DNA of 64,000 nt from a bacterium (GTDB lineage: Bacteria > J088 > JAWLBW01), in the NCBI GenBank assembly GCA_041690355.1, contig JAWLHK010000005.1:186001-250000 (forward strand), read 5' to 3'. The notes beneath the pieces were generated by a model. It had not been told where the DNA came from. It worked only from the letters and a program-made list of their open reading frames with translations, and did no database searches. A program made the position numbers and the translations under genes. Shown in pieces: positions 59,606-64,000 of this stretch. The first letter of the stretch is position 1. Each line of letters opens with the position of its first letter.

Positions 59606-59664
59606 GCAACCTCCGCCGTCATTCTATCGGCGCCCTGCCCGCCGGGCAACGCGCAGCGCCCGCG

Positions 59665-60546
59665 TCAGCGCGCCGCGAGGACGACGCTGCCGGCCATGTG
59701 CCGGTTGCCCGAAGCGTCCTGCAGGCTGACGGCGCGCACGCCGTCGTCGCCCGGCTCGCCCACAAGCACGTGCTCGCGCGCCGGGAGCACGACCGGCCGG
59801 ATGAAGCGGACGTCGAACGTGCGGATCTCCTGGCCCGGAAATGCGGCGGCCACGGTCTCCCAGGTGCGTGCGAACGATCCGAAACCATGCAGGATCTGCC
59901 GCTTGAAGCCGGCCGCCTTCGCGTAGGGCCCGACCCAGTGAATCGGGTTCATGTCGCCCGTCAGCACCCCGAAGCGCAACCCGTCGCGCAGATCGGCGCT
60001 CCAGGTGCCGACCTCGCGCAGCGGCGCGGCATCCTCGTTCCGTCTGGTCCCGTCGCCGCCGCGCTTGCGTACGAGGACGGCGAAGACGTCGCTGAGGAGA
60101 AGCTCAGGGCGCTCGGGCGTGCCCGTGATCAGGCGCTGGTGGATGCGCACCTTGTTGCCGTCATCCTCGACCGACTCCAGCCGCGCCTGCAGCCGCAGCG
60201 TCTCGCCGCGGGGCACGGGGCCGTGAACTTCGACGCGGCAGCCCTGGTTCAGCACGCCGCTCAGACGGTAGGGCAGATTCGACAGCGTGCGGCTGAGCAG
60301 GGGAAAACCCCATTGGGGAAAGAAGTGCGGCGGGAGCACCCCCCGGTAGCGCGCCGGATCGCCGCCCGACCACGCGAGGTAGGCCTCGACCAGCTCGTCG
60401 GGACGCCGGCCGATGTCGGCCTGCAGGAGCGGTCCGGGGGCTTCGGGGCGCGCGTTCCTGTCGGGACCTTTGAGGGACGCGACGGCGACCCGGCCCAACG
60501 TGGCCAGCATGGGACCCTGGTGGCGGAGCAGCAACGGAGAGAGCAT
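59665..60546 (-). CDS. MaoC-like double hot-dog dehydratase (HtdX-like)
   Basis: TGDMNPIH, ILHG, FIRPVVLP. Confidence 0.9.
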   Translation of the reverse strand: MLSPLLLRHQGPMLATLGRVAVASLKGPDRNARPEAPGPLLQADIGRRPDELVEAYLAWSGGDPARYRGVLPPHFFPQWGFPLLSRTLSNLPYRLSGVLNQGCRVEVHGPVPRGETLRLQARLESVEDDGNKVRIHQRLITGTPERPELLLSDVFAVLVRKRGGDGTRRNEDAAPLREVGTWSADLRDGLRFGVLTGDMNPIHWVGPYAKAAGFKRQILHGFGSFARTWETVAAAFPGQEIRTFDVRFIRPVVLPAREHVLVGEPGDDGVRAVSLQDASGNRHMAGSVVLAAR

Positions 60547-60558
60547 GGCGGTTCCTCT

Positions 60559-61197
60559 TCAGCGGACGGTAGGATGCGTGAACAGGCTGGCGCGCGCGAT
60601 GCGGACGAGTTCGCGCGCCATCCGATCGGCGACGCCGTCGCGCTTCTCGCCGCCGCCGAACAGCCCGGGGGTCATGTCGGAGAGCGCGACGGACGAAAGG
60701 GTCATGAGCACGACCTGCCAGACATACGCCAGCGGATCGACGTCGCGGTAGATTTCCTTGCGCTTCTGCCCTTCGCGGATCGTTCCGGCAACGAGATCGA
60801 GCCAGGGGGCGAGCTGTTCGGAGACACGCGCGGCGAGTTCCTCGGGGTGATCGAGGCTTTCGCGCACGAGCAGCCGGGCGCGGTTGGGGTCGGCCAGAAA
60901 GAACCCCGTGCATTCTGCAATGACGCGCTCGAACCGGTTCTCGCCCGAGGCGGCGGCGAGCACGATCTGCGGCAGGACGTCTTTCCAACGCGCGACGAGG
61001 CCGTCGAGCACGGCGCCGTGGATCTTCTCCTTGGTCTCGAAGTGGTAGACCAGCGATCCCTTCTGCATGCCCACCGCCTCGGCGATCATGCGCAGCGAGG
61101 TTCCCTCGTAGCCGTGGCGCGCGAACAGACGCGTCGCTTCGCGCAGAATGCGGTCGCGCGCGCCCAGGTCAACCTGGGGATCGGCCGCGCGCATCAT
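60559..61197 (-). CDS. TetR/AcrR family regulator
   Basis: ILREATRLFARHGYEGTSLRMIAEAVGMQKGSLVYHFETKE. Confidence 0.95.
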   Translation of the reverse strand: MMRAADPQVDLGARDRILREATRLFARHGYEGTSLRMIAEAVGMQKGSLVYHFETKEKIHGAVLDGLVARWKDVLPQIVLAAASGENRFERVIAECTGFFLADPNRARLLVRESLDHPEELAARVSEQLAPWLDLVAGTIREGQKRKEIYRDVDPLAYVWQVVLMTLSSVALSDMTPGLFGGGEKRDGVADRMARELVRIARASLFTHPTVR

Positions 61198-61282
61198 TGC
61201 GGCACGCCTCCCCGGAGTCCGGGCGCCATGTTCCCGAAGCAGACCTCGAGGAGGCTTTCGCGGACTTCGGCGGATATCTGAT

Positions 61283-61336
61283 TGACGAGTTGCGTCATTC
61301 CGGTCGTTAGGTTAACATTTACCTGACGATCGGTCA
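61283..61336. promoter_or_regulatory. Inverted repeats in divergent promoter region, candidate TetR operators
   Basis: tgacg-N5-cgtca (61283-61297); cggtcgttaggt-N8-acctgacgatcg (61301-61332); tgac-N5-gtca (61324-61336). Confidence 0.55.
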
Positions 61337-61362
61337 AATCCCGAAAGATTGGAGATTCGCAA

Positions 61363-62691
61363 ATGGCAGATTTTCTCGTCACGATGGGTGAGCGCCCCTG
61401 GGTGCGCAAAACGGTTTCGAGCCTCGGCATTCCGCTCCCCATGCCGCAGGCGCTGGCCCGCGGCGAGGGACCCTGGACGACCGCTTTTCTCGCGGGCAAG
61501 CCCGTGCTGCGCGGCGGCCAGGACGACAAGGTCGTCGCCCGGACCCTCGAAGAAGCGGGCGCCGGCGTCGCCGGAGGCGAAGACAAGGTGTACGGCCTCG
61601 TTTACGATCTGCGGGCGGCGACCGCCATCGCGGATCTGGACGGAATGTACCGCTTCTTCCACGAGAACATCCGCCGGTTGGGCACCAACGGGCGCATCGT
61701 CGTCATCGCCCGCTCCGCGGATCCCGACGCCGACGCGCAGACGGCGGCGGCCGCGGCGGCGGTCACCGGCTTCGTGAAGAGCGTCGCCAAGGAAGTCGGC
61801 AAGAAGGGCGCGACGGCCAACGCGATTTTCGCCGCCGCCGGCGCCGAGGAGAACGTCGCCGGACCCCTGCGTTTCTTTCTCTCGGCCCGCTCGGCTTTCG
61901 TCGACGGACAGTCCATGACAGTCGCGGCCACCCCGCAGCGCAAAGCGGCCACTCCCTGGCAGAAACCGCTGGCCGGCAAGACGGCCCTCGTCACGGGCGC
62001 GGCCCGCGGCATCGGCGAGATCACCGCGCGCCGACTCGCCGAAGAGGGCGCCCAGGTCATCGTCCTCGACATTCCCCAGGCAGCCGAAGACGTGAAGCGG
62101 CTCGCCGCAGAAATCAACGGCGTTCCGCTGACGCTCGACATCACGGCCGCCGAGGCGGTCAAGACGATTCTCGACACGGCCGCGCAGCACGGCGGCCTGC
62201 AGATCGTCGTCAACAACGCCGGCGTCACGCGCGACAAGACGCTCGCCAACATGGACGCCGACCGCTGGCGTCTCGCCATCGGCGTGAACCTGCAGGCGGC
62301 GCTCGCCATCACCGAAGGGGCCCTCGCGGGGCTGAACGAAGATGGGCGCGTCATCTGCCTGTCGTCCATCGCGGGAATCGCGGGCAACTTCGGACAGACC
62401 AACTACGGCGCCGCCAAGGCCGGCCTGATCGGGGCCGTGCGCCATCTGGCGCCGCGCTTCGCCGCCAAGGGGGCGACCATCAACGCCGTCGCGCCCGGCT
62501 TCATCGAGACCCAGATGACGGCCGCCATTCCTCTCATCACGCGCGAAGCGGGACGCCGTCTGTCCAACCTGGGACAAGGGGGACTGCCGGTCGATGTGGC
62601 CGAGCTGATCACCTTTCTCGTCTCGCCCGGCGCCACCGGCGTGAACGGGCAGGTGATCCGGGTATGCGGGGGGAACTACCTCGGCGCGTGA
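61363..62691 (+). CDS. fabG: High-molecular-weight 3-oxoacyl reductase (FabG4-like)
   Basis: About 200-aa N-terminal extension, SARSAFVDGQ, TGAARGIG, NNAGVTRD, NYGAAK, RVCG. Confidence 0.93.
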   Translation: MADFLVTMGERPWVRKTVSSLGIPLPMPQALARGEGPWTTAFLAGKPVLRGGQDDKVVARTLEEAGAGVAGGEDKVYGLVYDLRAATAIADLDGMYRFFHENIRRLGTNGRIVVIARSADPDADAQTAAAAAAVTGFVKSVAKEVGKKGATANAIFAAAGAEENVAGPLRFFLSARSAFVDGQSMTVAATPQRKAATPWQKPLAGKTALVTGAARGIGEITARRLAEEGAQVIVLDIPQAAEDVKRLAAEINGVPLTLDITAAEAVKTILDTAAQHGGLQIVVNNAGVTRDKTLANMDADRWRLAIGVNLQAALAITEGALAGLNEDGRVICLSSIAGIAGNFGQTNYGAAKAGLIGAVRHLAPRFAAKGATINAVAPGFIETQMTAAIPLITREAGRRLSNLGQGGLPVDVAELITFLVSPGATGVNGQVIRVCGGNYLGA

Positions 62692-62701
62692 GCCGCACGG
62701 A

Positions 62702-62728
62702 AGTTTCCAGTTTCCAGTTTCCAGTTTC
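62702..62728 (+). repeat. Heptamer tandem repeat (agtttcc), about 4 copies
   Basis: agtttcc agtttcc agtttcc agtttc, intergenic. Confidence 0.85.
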
Positions 62729-62756
62729 AGTGCCGAAAGGACCAAGGGAAAGAATC

Positions 62757-64000
62757 ATGGCAAAGACAAAGAGCCGGGCAGTTGTAGTGGCGGGCGTGCG
62801 CACACCGTTCGTGAAGGCGTTCGGGCCCTACACGAAGCTCGATACCATCGCGCTCGCCGACATCGCCGTCAAGGGACTTCTGGAAAAGACCGGGCTCGAC
62901 ACGTCGACGCTGAACGCGGTCGTGTGGGGCGGCGTCATTCTGCCGACCACCGCGCCGAACATCGGCCGCGAGGTCGTACTCGACCTGGGCCTGCCCCCGT
63001 CGGTCGAAGCGATGACCGTGACGCGAGCCTGCGCGTCGGGACTGCAGGCGATCACCGATGCCGTCGCGCTCATCGATCGCGGCGAGGCCGACGTCGTCAT
63101 CGCCGGCGGCAGCGACTCGACCAGCAACGTCGGGGTCGAGCTGCCCAACGACCTCGTGCACGCCTTCGCGCCGCTGGCGCTCGGCGGCAAGGCGGGACCG
63201 CTCGATTACCTGGGCGCCGTGAAGGATCTGTTCCCCTTTAAGAACGTCCTGCCGCGCCGTCCGCAGATCGCCGAGCGCACCACGGGCGAGCTCATGGGCG
63301 AGTCGGCGGAGAAGATGGCCGGCATCAACCAGATCGGCCGCGAAGCCCAGGACGAGCTGACCCTGCGCTCGCACCAGCGCGCCGCCGCCGGCTACGAGCA
63401 GGGGATTCTGACGGAAGAGATCGTGCCGGTGACGAACCCCGACGGTGAGACCATCGCGCGCGACGGACTTCTTCGCGGCGACACGACACTCGAGAAGCTC
63501 GCGAAACTGCGCCCGGTCTTCAAGGAAGGGGGCACGTTGACCGCCGGCAACTCAACCGCGCTCACCGACGGCGCCGCCGCCGTGCTGCTCATGAGCGAAG
63601 AAAAGGCCCGCGAGCTGGGCTACACGCCGCTGGCCCGCTTCTCGAGCTGGGCCTACGTCGGCGTCGACCCGCGCGATCAGCTGCTCATTGGACCCGCGCT
63701 CGCCATGCCGCTGGCCCTGCAGCGCGCCGGTCTCGAACTGGACGATGTGGATCTGGTGGACATGCATGAGGCCTTCGCCGCCCAGGTGCTCAGCAACCTC
63801 AAGATGCTCGAGAGCGACGAGTGGGCCCGCACGCGTCTCGGCCGCGACAAGGCGGTGGGCAAGGTCGACCCCGAGAAGCTCAACGTGCTCGGCAGCTCGC
63901 TCGCGCTGGGGCATCCGTTCGGGGCGACCGGCGCGCGCATGGTCACGACCATGAGCCGCGAACTGCACCGCAGCGGCAAGCGTTATGCCGTGCTGGGAAT
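62757..64000 (+). CDS. Acetyl-CoA C-acyltransferase (thiolase, FadI/FadA2-like), 3' truncated
   Basis: Manual translation from ATG 62757: GVRTPF, VTRACASG, TAGNST, HEAFAAQ, GHPFGATG; missing from ORF track because no stop falls in the window. Confidence 0.95.
   Translation, partial: MAKTKSRAVVVAGVRTPFVKAFGPYTKLDTIALADIAVKGLLEKTGLDTSTLNAVVWGGVILPTTAPNIGREVVLDLGLPPSVEAMTVTRACASGLQAITDAVALIDRGEADVVIAGGSDSTSNVGVELPNDLVHAFAPLALGGKAGPLDYLGAVKDLFPFKNVLPRRPQIAERTTGELMGESAEKMAGINQIGREAQDELTLRSHQRAAAGYEQGILTEEIVPVTNPDGETIARDGLLRGDTTLEKLAKLRPVFKEGGTLTAGNSTALTDGAAAVLLMSEEKARELGYTPLARFSSWAYVGVDPRDQLLIGPALAMPLALQRAGLELDDVDLVDMHEAFAAQVLSNLKMLESDEWARTRLGRDKAVGKVDPEKLNVLGSSLALGHPFGATGARMVTTMSRELHRSGKRYAVLG

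Overview
GC-rich bacterial chromosomal window; the lipoprotein-rich content, sigma54 motif, multiheme cytochromes and SPT-like gene suggest a deltaproteobacteria/Myxococcota-like organism (inference). About 60 genes are supported, mostly housekeeping (purT, bioB, tsaC-like, purH, rnhB, bcp, rtcB, oligoendopeptidase F, Zn-type ABC transporter, FabG4/thiolase/MaoC cluster). I saw no rRNA, tRNA, CRISPR array or transposase. The most notable element is a 7-gene minus-strand operon (11216-17114) encoding 19 predicted heme-binding motifs: a monoheme c, a c7-type triheme, a small beta-barrel, a monoheme lipoprotein, a NapC/NirT-type protein, a small membrane protein and an MtrC/OmcA-like decaheme lipoprotein. 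It follows a sigma54-type promoter and has no MtrA/MtrB, so it is a candidate non-canonical porin-cytochrome electron conduit. Also notable: a 4-copy tandem array of a 128-bp palindromic element; a split RecB/Cas4-like nuclease plus SF1 helicase pair after an orphan, apparently frameshifted RHH antitoxin; an apparently ATPase-dead RecQ fragment; a CxxC leader ORF before the metal ABC transporter; and an archease-rtcB-capA cluster. All calls come from motif recognition by eye; no database searches were run.
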